Part shown: positions 26,534 to 35,232 of the stretch, in pieces
How the letters are laid out: each line of letters begins with the position of its first letter
Numbering within the stretch: the stretch's first letter is position 1
From: Gemmatimonadota bacterium
Lineage (GTDB): Bacteria; Gemmatimonadota; Gemmatimonadetes; Gemmatimonadales; GWC2-71-9
Direction of reading: 5' to 3'
Assembly (NCBI GenBank): GCA_039584755.1
Contig: JBDGXD010000003.1
Coordinates: 1-43,043, forward strand
DNA length: 43,043 nt
The notes under the pieces: generated by a model
The model's input: only the letters and a program-made list of their open reading frames with translations
Databases searched by the model: none
What the model was told of the DNA's origin: nothing
Program-made: the position numbers and the translations under genes

Positions 26534-27346
26534 CTACCCCTTGATACCGGTGCTAGCCATGCTCTCGATGAAGTAGCGCTGGAGGAACGTGTAGGCCACC
26601 ACCACGGGCACCACGAGCACCATAGCCGCGGCGAGCTTCGTAGCTAGCTGGCGTGGGCCGGCGCCACCACCCAGAGAGAAGACCGTCAGGAGCTGCGGCA
26701 GCGTCATGAGCTGCTCATCCCGCACGACCAGCAGCGGCCACAGCACCTCGTTCCAGGCGCCCATGAAGGTGATGATGCCGACCATCGCCAGCGGCGCCTT
26801 CGACAGTGGCCAGAACACGGTGAACAGGATGCGCAGCTCTCCCATCCCGTCCAGCCGCGCCGAGTCGATAAGAGAGCGGGGCACTTGCAGAAAGAACTGG
26901 CGCAGGATCAGGATCGCTGTCGCGTTGAAGGCGAACGGCACGATCAGCGCCGCGTAGCTGTCAACCCAGCCGAGCTGCACGATCAGAGTGTACATGGGGA
27001 TCAGCGTGAGCTGCGCTGGCACGAGCAGTACCGCGACGGTGACGGCGTTCAGGATACCGCGCCCCGGAAAGCGGAGCCGGGCCAGGGAGTAGGCCGCGGC
27101 CGACCCGAAAACGAGCACCGAGAGCGTAACGGACGTCGCTACGAGCATGCTGTTTAACAGAGCGCGTCCAAACGGAGCGCGGGCCCACATCAGGCGGTAG
27201 TTGTCGAGGGTCGGCTGGTCGGGGAGCAGCGATAGTGCTCCCACTTCGGCGGGTGACTTGAAGGTGGTGGCCGCCATCCACAAGAAAGGGTAGAGGAACG
27301 TGGCTGCCGCCACAGCCAGTACGACGTAGAAAGCCGCGCGCCTCAT
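26534..27346 (-). CDS. Carbohydrate ABC transporter permease (MalG-like)
   Basis: Motifs AAYSLARLRFPGR, EAA-loop SLIDSARLDG and WNEVLWPL. ATGA overlap with the upstream permease. Confidence 0.94.
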   Translation of the reverse strand: MRRAAFYVVLAVAAATFLYPFLWMAATTFKSPAEVGALSLLPDQPTLDNYRLMWARAPFGRALLNSMLVATSVTLSVLVFGSAAAYSLARLRFPGRGILNAVTVAVLLVPAQLTLIPMYTLIVQLGWVDSYAALIVPFAFNATAILILRQFFLQVPRSLIDSARLDGMGELRILFTVFWPLSKAPLAMVGIITFMGAWNEVLWPLLVVRDEQLMTLPQLLTVFSLGGGAGPRQLATKLAAAMVLVVPVVVAYTFLQRYFIESMASTGIKG

Positions 27347-28206
27347 GACTCTTCCGCGCTTCCGATTACCCGGCGTTGGACCACGAGAACGGCGGCGATG
27401 ATCAGCGCCAGGGCCAGGCCGAGCGTAGCCGCGTAACCCATCTTCTGGTACGAGAAGGCGTTCCTGTACATGTAGAGAACGACCGACAGAGTCCGCCGCA
27501 GCGGTCCTCCACCGGTCAAGACGTACGGCTCGATGAAGAGCTGGAAGCCGTTGATCGTGGACAGCGTCACGACCAGCAAGGTCTGCGGCTTGAGCAGCGG
27601 GAGCGTGACGTGGAGGAAGCTCTGCCAGGCCGTCGCCCCTTCCAGCTCGATAGCCTCGTGGCAGCTCCGCGGGACACTCTGTAGGCCCGCGAGGTAGATG
27701 ACGACGTAGAACCCCACGTTCTTCCAGGTAGCCATAATGGCGATGGCCGGCATGGCGATGGCAGGATCAGTCAGCCACGGGACCGGGCCGAGATCGAGCC
27801 GAGCGAGCAGTCCATTGATGAGCCCCACGTCGGTAGCGTAGAGCGCGCTCCACAGTATGGTCACCACCGCCCCAGATATGACGACAGGAAGGAAGAAGGC
27901 TGCCCGCCAAAACGCGCGAAGCAGCAGCGGCCGGTCGAGGGCCCAGGCGAGGGTGAGGGCGACAATGATCTGGAGCGGCAGATGAACCGCCAGGAACACC
28001 AAGGTGTTGACGAGGGCCTGCCAGAAGCGAGCATCCGCCATCAGGTGCTGGACGTTGTCGAGGCCCGCAAAGCTCGGGGCGGTAACAAGGTCCCACTTCA
28101 GCACCACCAGTACGACGGAAAAACCGATGGGGAAGAGTGAGAATAGCAGCAGGAACACCGCGTACGGCGCTGTCAGGAATAGACCGGAGCGGGCCTCAGC
28201 GTGCAC
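27343..28206 (-). CDS. Carbohydrate ABC transporter permease (MalF-like)
   Basis: Motifs FAGLDN, FFLPVVIS, WKNVGFYVVIYLAGLQSVP, EAIELEGA and MGYAA. Start moved to GTG 28206, overlapping the SBP stop by 11 nt. Confidence 0.92.
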   Translation of the reverse strand: MHAEARSGLFLTAPYAVFLLLFSLFPIGFSVVLVVLKWDLVTAPSFAGLDNVQHLMADARFWQALVNTLVFLAVHLPLQIIVALTLAWALDRPLLLRAFWRAAFFLPVVISGAVVTILWSALYATDVGLINGLLARLDLGPVPWLTDPAIAMPAIAIMATWKNVGFYVVIYLAGLQSVPRSCHEAIELEGATAWQSFLHVTLPLLKPQTLLVVTLSTINGFQLFIEPYVLTGGGPLRRTLSVVLYMYRNAFSYQKMGYAATLGLALALIIAAVLVVQRRVIGSAEES

Positions 28207-30790
28207 GCAGCACCGCCCGGACCTCGTTCGCAGCTTCCCGTACCGCCTGTTCCGGAGGCACGATACCGTAGATAGCCGCGGCCTCGTAGGCCTCCGACAG
28301 GATGTCGAAGACCTCGACGATGTCGGGATCGACGTCGATGTCACGGCTCCGGTCGGCGCGCCCAGCGTAGGCCTGGAGGGTCGGCCAGCGTGTCAGCGCG
28401 GCGGCGAAGCGCACGTCTGCCGCCAGCCCGCGGCGATACGGCAGCTGGGCGGCCTCCTCGATCAGCAGCCTGTCAGCTTCCGGCGACGTCAGGTAGGCCA
28501 CGAACCGGGCGGCTGCCGCCGGATGCCGCGTCGTTGAGAAGACCGCGATGCTCTTGAGATCGGCAAAGGAGTAGGCCGCTGCCGGATCATCACCATCCGG
28601 CACGGGCACGGGAGTCACATCATAGCGAAGCCCCGGGACCTTCAGCTCCTCCAGCTCCTTCACGAACCAGGGACCCACCACCTTCATGGCCACGGTCCCG
28701 TCCATGAACGGGTCGCGTCCCTCGAAGTTGGAGCGAGGCAGAAGACCCTCAGCGAAGGCTTGGCGCAGCACCTCGACGGCCGCCACTGCCGCCTCGTTCT
28801 CGAAGACCACTTCGCCTCGCGCCACCAGCGTGCGCCCGTCAGATGCAGCGAGGTAGAGCGGGTAGAAGTCGTAGAAACGCTCGAACCAAGTGGTCTTGAG
28901 CCGCGCCCAGAATCCCCACCGGTCCAGCCGTCCGTCGCCATCGGTGTCGCGCGCCAGCGCGCGGAGCGCATCGATGAGCTCACTGTATGTGCCGGGAGGC
29001 GTCACCCCTGCGTCGGTGAGCCGACCGACGTTGTACATGAGCATCATCGGGTTGGTCTTCCAGGGCACGGCGTAGATCCCGCCGTCGGGAAGCCTGAGCG
29101 ACACCAGCATCGGCTCGCTGGTGCGCTCGCCGAGGCGAGCGGCGGTGCCGGCCAAATCGTCGAGGCGAACGACGGCGCCCGCCCTCACGAGGCGCGCCAG
29201 GAGCCCCGAGGACACGTTGGAGCAGATGTCCGGGGTCGCGTTTCCGACGACGGCCGCGAGCAGGACCTCTTCTGAAGAGCGGCCGGCGGGAATCGGCTGT
29301 ACATGCACCTGTATGTCAGGGTGTCGGCCGTTCCACTCGGCGGCCAGTCGCCGCGCGAGATCGACTTCGACTGGGTTCGCAGCCGGCCAGTACGTCAGCT
29401 CAATCGTAGTTCCGCCTGCTGGCTCCCGAATCGTGAACGTCGCTCCCCGTCGCGACACCGTCACCCGTTGCTCTTCCGGGCCGGCGAACTCCCGCTCTGC
29501 CGGCGCGTCTGCCGCAGATGGTACGATGGCCGCGACCAGGCGATAGCCAAGGTAGACTGCCGCCTCCGGATGCGTCGCCACCGAACCAAGTGCAAGCAGC
29601 GCTTCGATGGTCGACTCCGCACCAGAGTTACGGTTCACGTCGTCGGCTGAAGCCCCCCCCAAACCGTCTAATGTCCGTCCTGTGGCCGTGTCGTACATCG
29701 TGATCCCGGGGCGGTTGGCGCCCAGAAACCAGCTGGCCGTCAAGCCGGCCAGGACGGCGTAGCGGGGCTCCTCGGTGGCATCGGCCAGGGCGAGGTAGCC
29801 CTCCACCACGGGGGAAACGCCGTAGGCAATCTGCGGGAAGGGTTTCGTGCGTCCATCCGAGTAGACCAACTCCGGGACCTCGCCCGCGAGCAGAAACCGC
29901 ACCCAGAGTTGGTCGGCCTCGCGTTGAGCGGCGACGACGAGATCGGGGCGGCTGAGCACGCGTCCGGCCAGTGCCAGTGCCTGTGCCGTGCGCGCTCCCC
30001 AGGCGTGCCAGACGCCCTCAGCAGGATCGATGTGCGCTCCCCAGGGTGCAGTCTCGGCGTCTCCCTGCGCCAGAGGCACGAGTAGGTCGGCCGTTCGGCC
30101 GGCAAGATCTGCGCGTTCCGGTGTAGGTTCGACCTGTTGCACGGACAGCAGTCCGAGCAGCGCCTCTGCAGTGGCGGTGGCCGAACCACCCACCAGGTGT
30201 CGTCGCTCGACCTCGCGCGCAAGTCTGGAGATTGCACGGTCAAGTGTGGGTCGCAGATCGTCGACATCCGGATTTTCGGGCCCCAAAACCCGGACAGCTT
30301 CTCCCATGGCCCACAGCGCGCGAGCAGCCCAGTACGAGAATGACCTCCGGCTGGTAGGTGCGGTGCGGTTGGGTGTCCCATCTGCCTGGATGAAGTTGAG
30401 GAACTCGCCGTCCCCCTGCTCCATCGCCGTCACGAACGACAGGAGACCCAGGGCCTCCTGTTTGGACCGAGGGTCGGCGGTCTGCTCGAAGTGCCGCAGA
30501 TAGACGACTGCAGCGCGTGCCGCATCGTCAACCGCGGCGAGTCCCTCGAATCCGTCGCGGGCCGGAGAGCCGACCGGGCGGTAGTCGGGCCATTCTGCAT
30601 AGAGGGCGACTGCGCGCACCTGCCTGCCGGCCACAGTCACGTCGAAGCCGAGGTGAAGCAGGTGGTCGAGGCGCAGCTCGATGGCTTTCGCGCCGGCCGG
30701 AATGGCAACTGGGGGCGGGCCCGGCCCGCAGCCCAGCATCATCAAGGCCGCGGCGGCTACAGCCCACGCGGTTCTAGTGATGTCTTTCAT
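28196..30790 (-). CDS. Lipoprotein fusing a putative (alpha/alpha)6 glycosidase-like domain to a family-1 extracellular sugar-binding protein
   Basis: Lipobox MLGC. N-terminal ~400 aa with VDDAARA, GEFLNF, WAARALWAMG, QIAYG, SWFLGAN, TLDGL and NSGAESTIEALLAL. C-terminal ~400 aa is an SBP_bac_1 domain (ELTYW, TPDI, YAVPWKTNPMMLMYN, FMDGTVAMKVVGPW). One uninterrupted frame. Confidence 0.85.
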   Translation of the reverse strand: MKDITRTAWAVAAAALMMLGCGPGPPPVAIPAGAKAIELRLDHLLHLGFDVTVAGRQVRAVALYAEWPDYRPVGSPARDGFEGLAAVDDAARAAVVYLRHFEQTADPRSKQEALGLLSFVTAMEQGDGEFLNFIQADGTPNRTAPTSRRSFSYWAARALWAMGEAVRVLGPENPDVDDLRPTLDRAISRLAREVERRHLVGGSATATAEALLGLLSVQQVEPTPERADLAGRTADLLVPLAQGDAETAPWGAHIDPAEGVWHAWGARTAQALALAGRVLSRPDLVVAAQREADQLWVRFLLAGEVPELVYSDGRTKPFPQIAYGVSPVVEGYLALADATEEPRYAVLAGLTASWFLGANRPGITMYDTATGRTLDGLGGASADDVNRNSGAESTIEALLALGSVATHPEAAVYLGYRLVAAIVPSAADAPAEREFAGPEEQRVTVSRRGATFTIREPAGGTTIELTYWPAANPVEVDLARRLAAEWNGRHPDIQVHVQPIPAGRSSEEVLLAAVVGNATPDICSNVSSGLLARLVRAGAVVRLDDLAGTAARLGERTSEPMLVSLRLPDGGIYAVPWKTNPMMLMYNVGRLTDAGVTPPGTYSELIDALRALARDTDGDGRLDRWGFWARLKTTWFERFYDFYPLYLAASDGRTLVARGEVVFENEAAVAAVEVLRQAFAEGLLPRSNFEGRDPFMDGTVAMKVVGPWFVKELEELKVPGLRYDVTPVPVPDGDDPAAAYSFADLKSIAVFSTTRHPAAAARFVAYLTSPEADRLLIEEAAQLPYRRGLAADVRFAAALTRWPTLQAYAGRADRSRDIDVDPDIVEVFDILSEAYEAAAIYGIVPPEQAVREAANEVRAVLRAR

Positions 30791-33297
30791 CTGGGTGGCA
30801 ATCGGTCCAACAGGAAGCCGACGGCAAGGTCGGTGACGTTCCAGAGTTGGATGTCGGAACTCGTGCCATAGCGGACCGGGCGCAGTGTGCCGTCATCGAT
30901 GCGGTAGCTCCAAAGTTCGTTGTGGCTGAGTCCCGAGGCCTCTACCGCCGCACGCGTGTTGTCGAGGGTACGGCGCAGAACCGCCACGTACGAGCGCATC
31001 TCCTCACTATCGTCTCGCAGTCGACCGGACGCGTCGTAGGCAGCTTCGATCTGACGTGCAAGCCCGAGCAACAACAGGTTCACCTCCCGGCCCCAGACCA
31101 CGCGCGGCGAGTGGTAGGCATCGGCGCGAAAGCGCTGCTGAACCGTAGGGCTCGCGTACATGTCGTTGACCACGACTGGCCCCAGCCCTGCCACGAAGAG
31201 CCCCACCGGATACGGCCGTGCGAACACATCGAGCATTTGCAGCACCGCCGCCGGATCGGCTGCTCCACTTAGAATCTCCTCCGTGTAGTCCACGAGGAAG
31301 AGATCAGTCGCTGGGTCGCTATTGGCGGCGGCAACCGGCCGACCCTGGCTGTCGAGCGATAGGGCCAGGAACGAGAGCGGCTGCTGAGCAACGCCCTCTT
31401 GGTCGAGGAGCTGGCGCCAGTACTCTCGTTCGGGGCCGGACATCGATTGCAGGGCCGAGTCGATACGCCGCCGCATCTCGGCTGCGTCCAGGCGCACCTC
31501 GAAGTGCCTGCGGGCTCCGCGCCACGTGGCGATCGCCGCGCGCAGCGCAGCCGGATCCTGCAGGTAGGCGTCGAGCGCCGAGACGTTCACAGAGACGCGT
31601 GCGAGGGCGTCTGCCGCAGAGAGACCAAGCTCGTCAACGCTCCGCAGGATTCGCTCGATGGCCTCCAGCGCCTGCGGAACCCACACAACATTCACGTCCA
31701 TTGCGAAGCGGCCGCCGCCGTAGCCCACCCGACTGTCGCGCCAGCTCCCGGGTAGCCATCCCTCGTCATCGCGCTGGAAGAAGCTCACCAGGTTTGTGGC
31801 AGTGGGCTGCTCGGCGTAGGGACGCGCGAGTTCGGCTGCGAAGGCGAGGTTGCGCATGAGCGCTTCAAGACGTGGCGGGCCCGGCCCGGCCGAGTCGGTC
31901 AAGAACCGCCGCTTTCTATCTGTCGGCACGTCCGAGCGCGCAAGATATCGATCGACCAGGACGGGCAGTTGCAAGTCGTCGTCGACCATGCGGTAGTTCT
32001 CACGCACGGCCTGCAGGTTCTCGAGCAGCTCGCGCGCCCGAGTGAGGTTTGCTACCGCGGCCTCCGGGTCGCTTGCCCTGGCCTCCTCCCAAGCACGAAT
32101 CAACGAGCTGTACTCCGCGGCGTTTTCACGGATCGCCTGACCGCCCAGCGCTTCCTCGTGACTCACGTTGCCTGAAGCGGCGAGCTTTCCAAGCACGCTG
32201 GCAATCACGAGTTCCTGCAGTTCCCCCGACGAGATCGGCTCGAGCATGAGCGCGGACATCATCTGGTCACGACCGAAGTAGGTAGCGTAGTTCGGCAGCG
32301 ACGCGATGAGCTTCTCTTCGGAACTGAGCAGTTGAAGAGCGAGCACTTGGCGTTCGAAACGGCGCAGGGCTACGAGCTGCGGGTTCCGTGCGGCCTGGTC
32401 CGCAGTCAACGTCCGATCGAGACTGTCGGCCCTGCGCTGCCGTCGTTGCATGTAGTCCGCGAACGCCTCATTGAACAAGCGTTCGGGACCGAGCGGGGTA
32501 AGGGCATCCGAGTCCGTGGTCACCGCCACCTCGAACTCGACGCTCCCGCCGTTGCGCGCACGCACCAATACCCGATCGTCCACGAGCGTCGCAGTCGAGG
32601 CGCTGGCGTCACCGCTGAGTTCGAGCATGAGCCGATTGCGACCATCCAGGCTCGTGTGCTCGACGAGAACGCTCCAGCCAACCTCGTTCTCGGAGAGGCT
32701 CATGCGCGGCTCGAGCCGCGACCGCAGCTCAGCAACGTCGGAGGCGGCAAGCAGCGTGAGGTGCCGTGTCTGCTGCTCAGTGGGAAGACGCTCGAGACTC
32801 TCAATCAGTGAGGTCAGTTCGGGTAAGATGAAAGGCGGATCACCATAGGGCCGACGGTGCCATCCCTGGTATTGGAAATCCCGCTCTTGCCGCATGGTTC
32901 CGAGCAGGAACCAGCCGATCTCGAGCGTCGCCACATCCGCCGCGAGCCGGTACCGCATCGTGCGACTCGGCCCCTTCGACTCGGCCGCCGCCCCGGGACC
33001 ACCCCAGACGACGGGCCATGCACGACCTCCCGCGTCGCGCGCAGTGAACCCGGCGCTCTCATTAGCCGCGTCCGCCCACACGTGCACGACGCGGCCGTCA
33101 CGCTGATTGAGATAGACCTGAAAAGTGTTGCCGCTGGCATCGCGAAAGAACCGAGCAACATACCCCTCATACGCCACCGGGTCATCTACGCCCGCCTCAG
33201 GGAATTCCAAGACCGGCGTCTGTTCCGCTCCTCCAGGCGCGGCCCGACACGCCTGCAGCAGGAGCGGCAATACCAAGAGACATGCGCGCGCTTGCAT
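30787..33297 (-). CDS. Uncharacterised exported (alpha/alpha)6-barrel glycoside hydrolase-like protein (amylo-alpha-1,6-glucosidase-like), probable lipoprotein
   Basis: Lipobox-like LQAC. Motifs YATYFGRD, SHEE, YRMVDDD, GSWRDS, MDVN, YHSPRVVW, ELWSY and IQLWN. ATGA overlap with the next gene. Start 33297 or 33312. Confidence 0.75.
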   Translation of the reverse strand: MQARACLLVLPLLLQACRAAPGGAEQTPVLEFPEAGVDDPVAYEGYVARFFRDASGNTFQVYLNQRDGRVVHVWADAANESAGFTARDAGGRAWPVVWGGPGAAAESKGPSRTMRYRLAADVATLEIGWFLLGTMRQERDFQYQGWHRRPYGDPPFILPELTSLIESLERLPTEQQTRHLTLLAASDVAELRSRLEPRMSLSENEVGWSVLVEHTSLDGRNRLMLELSGDASASTATLVDDRVLVRARNGGSVEFEVAVTTDSDALTPLGPERLFNEAFADYMQRRQRRADSLDRTLTADQAARNPQLVALRRFERQVLALQLLSSEEKLIASLPNYATYFGRDQMMSALMLEPISSGELQELVIASVLGKLAASGNVSHEEALGGQAIRENAAEYSSLIRAWEEARASDPEAAVANLTRARELLENLQAVRENYRMVDDDLQLPVLVDRYLARSDVPTDRKRRFLTDSAGPGPPRLEALMRNLAFAAELARPYAEQPTATNLVSFFQRDDEGWLPGSWRDSRVGYGGGRFAMDVNVVWVPQALEAIERILRSVDELGLSAADALARVSVNVSALDAYLQDPAALRAAIATWRGARRHFEVRLDAAEMRRRIDSALQSMSGPEREYWRQLLDQEGVAQQPLSFLALSLDSQGRPVAAANSDPATDLFLVDYTEEILSGAADPAAVLQMLDVFARPYPVGLFVAGLGPVVVNDMYASPTVQQRFRADAYHSPRVVWGREVNLLLLGLARQIEAAYDASGRLRDDSEEMRSYVAVLRRTLDNTRAAVEASGLSHNELWSYRIDDGTLRPVRYGTSSDIQLWNVTDLAVGFLLDRLPPR

Positions 33298-33473
33298 CGG
33301 TGGACCATCCAAGCTGTGGTCAGATAGAATCCCTGGTCAGAATGCCTAATCTAGAGGCGGTGCACAAAGTGCGCGAACCTGTCTGACGCACCGGCAATGT
33401 GCTTGTCCGGGAGCCTGAGCCGGGCTACGTTGTCGGCCTCCGCAGGCACCCTCGAGTGAGGAGGTCTCCCAAC

Positions 33474-35108
33474 ATGCCAACGCTCCGCATTGCCACAGCC
33501 GCGCTCTGCGCCACTCTCTTCGCAGTCTGCGCCCCGGCCGCCGAGCGGGAGGCGTTTGCCTCCGACTGGAAGCAAGGGGCGGTCTGCTACGAGATCTTCG
33601 TCCGTTCGTTTTTCGACAGCGACGGGGACGGCGTTGGCGACTTAAACGGACTCATCCAGAAACTCGACTACATCAACGACGGCAACCCAGAAACGCAGCG
33701 CGATCTGGGCGCCCGCTGCATCTGGCTCATGCCGGTCGCCCAGTCACCGAGCTATCACGGCTACGACGTGACGGACTACTACAGCGTCGATCGCGATTAC
33801 GGTACGAACGACGATTTCATGCGTCTCGTCGCCGAGGCGCACCAGCGAGGGATCCGCGTTCTGGTGGACCTAGTGCTGAACCACGCATCTAGCGAGCATC
33901 CCTACTTCAAAGACGCGCTGCTCAATCCCAGCTCTCCATACCGCGATTGGTTCATTTGGTCACCGTCGCATCCCGGCGTCAAGAATCCATGGGGCGGCGA
34001 CAACTGGCACCGCTCGACCGTGCGTGAGGAGTACTACTACGGGTTCTTCTGGGAAGGCATGCCAGACCTGAACTACGAGACGCCCGCCGTCCGCGAGGAG
34101 GCCAAGAGCATCGCCACCTTCTGGCTGGAGGAGTTGGGGGCCGACGGCTTCCGCCTCGACGCCGTCAAGTTCCTGGTGGAGCAGGATTACGGAAGAATCG
34201 TCGAGCACGTTCCCGCCACCCATGCGGTCCTGCGCGAATTCGCCGCCCACATCCACCGCGTGGCGCCCGCTGCGTTCACGATCGGCGAGGTGTGGGATAG
34301 CATCGGCGCCATGCTGCCGTACTATCCCGATCAGCTGGATGGGTATTTCGCTTTCGAAGCATCTGAAGCAATAATGGAATCGGTGCGCACAGGTTCGGCG
34401 AGCACGCTGCTCCACCCGTTCCTGCGGCTTCAGCGTGAGCTGCCCGCCGAACGCTGGTCACCCTTCCTGCGCAACCACGACCAAACGCGCACGCTTACCG
34501 CGCTCGGCGGAGACATCGCCCGCGCCAGGCTAGCGGCTACGCTGCTGCTGACGCTGCCGGGTCTGCCCTTCGTCTATTACGGGGAGGAGATCGGGATGTC
34601 GGGCGACAAGCCAGACCCGCGGTTGCGCACGCCCATGCAGTGGACCCTCAGCTCAGGCGCCGGCTTCACTGAGGGATTGGTGTGGGAGCCACTTCAGACG
34701 GACTCGCTCACGGCGAACGTGGAAGTGCATGATACCGATCCCAACTCCCTGCTCAACCTCTATCGTCGTCTGATCCACTTGCGTGGCGAGAATCCCGCAC
34801 TGGCCGGTGGTGAACTGGTGCCGCTCACGGCCAGCACGGACTCGGTAGCGGTGTTCCTGCGACAAGAGGGTGATCGCACCGTCTTGGTGGTGGCGAACCT
34901 CGGGGCAGAGCAGCTCTCCGGTGTGACGATCTCCTCGGAAGGGTGGGTGCTGCCGGCCGGCCAGTACGATGCGCGACACCTTATGGGTGAGCAACCGGGC
35001 ACTCCGCTCAGCGTTGCGGGGGGCGGACAAATCGACGGCTACGTCCCGCTTCAATCGCTCGGGCCACTGGAGTTTTACATCTTCGAGCTAACAACGGTCG
35101 GCAATTAG
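33474..35108 (+). CDS. Secreted GH13 alpha-amylase (GH13_36-like, AmyA/MalS/SusG-type catalytic domain)
   Basis: GAGGAGG RBS before ATG 33474 and a signal peptide. Motifs YEIFVRSF, SYHGYDVTDY, DLVLNH, MPDLN, DGFRLDAVK, IGEVW and FLRNHD. Confidence 0.93.
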   Translation: MPTLRIATAALCATLFAVCAPAAEREAFASDWKQGAVCYEIFVRSFFDSDGDGVGDLNGLIQKLDYINDGNPETQRDLGARCIWLMPVAQSPSYHGYDVTDYYSVDRDYGTNDDFMRLVAEAHQRGIRVLVDLVLNHASSEHPYFKDALLNPSSPYRDWFIWSPSHPGVKNPWGGDNWHRSTVREEYYYGFFWEGMPDLNYETPAVREEAKSIATFWLEELGADGFRLDAVKFLVEQDYGRIVEHVPATHAVLREFAAHIHRVAPAAFTIGEVWDSIGAMLPYYPDQLDGYFAFEASEAIMESVRTGSASTLLHPFLRLQRELPAERWSPFLRNHDQTRTLTALGGDIARARLAATLLLTLPGLPFVYYGEEIGMSGDKPDPRLRTPMQWTLSSGAGFTEGLVWEPLQTDSLTANVEVHDTDPNSLLNLYRRLIHLRGENPALAGGELVPLTASTDSVAVFLRQEGDRTVLVVANLGAEQLSGVTISSEGWVLPAGQYDARHLMGEQPGTPLSVAGGGQIDGYVPLQSLGPLEFYIFELTTVGN

Positions 35109-35124
35109 CGTCTGGCATTCTCGG

Positions 35125-35153
35125 TTGTACCTTAGCAGTCCCTGCGGTATCTT
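35125..35153 (+). promoter_or_regulatory. Sigma70-like promoter for the SGLT gene
   Basis: TTGTAC (35125-35130), a 17-bp spacer and TATCTT (35148-35153). Confidence 0.55.
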
Positions 35154-35160
35154 AGCGGCT

Positions 35161-35193
35161 CGCCTGCCCAGCGTTGTCGTCTGCGGGCAGGCG
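35161..35193 (+). other. GC-rich stem-loop between the amylase and SGLT genes
   Basis: CGCCTGCCC...GGGCAGGCG is a perfect 9-bp stem with no U-tract. It starts at about the predicted +1. Confidence 0.5.
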
Positions 35194-35232
35194 GTGCCCC
35201 GGTCCGTTATTCGCTAACCAGAACCAGCTGCC

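Noticed and set aside
33317-33341. Direct repeat TGGTCAGA x2 (33317 and 33334) in the divergent operon/amylase intergenic region
   Set aside because: It could be a regulator half-site, but two 8-mers without a dyad or a third copy are too weak to call.
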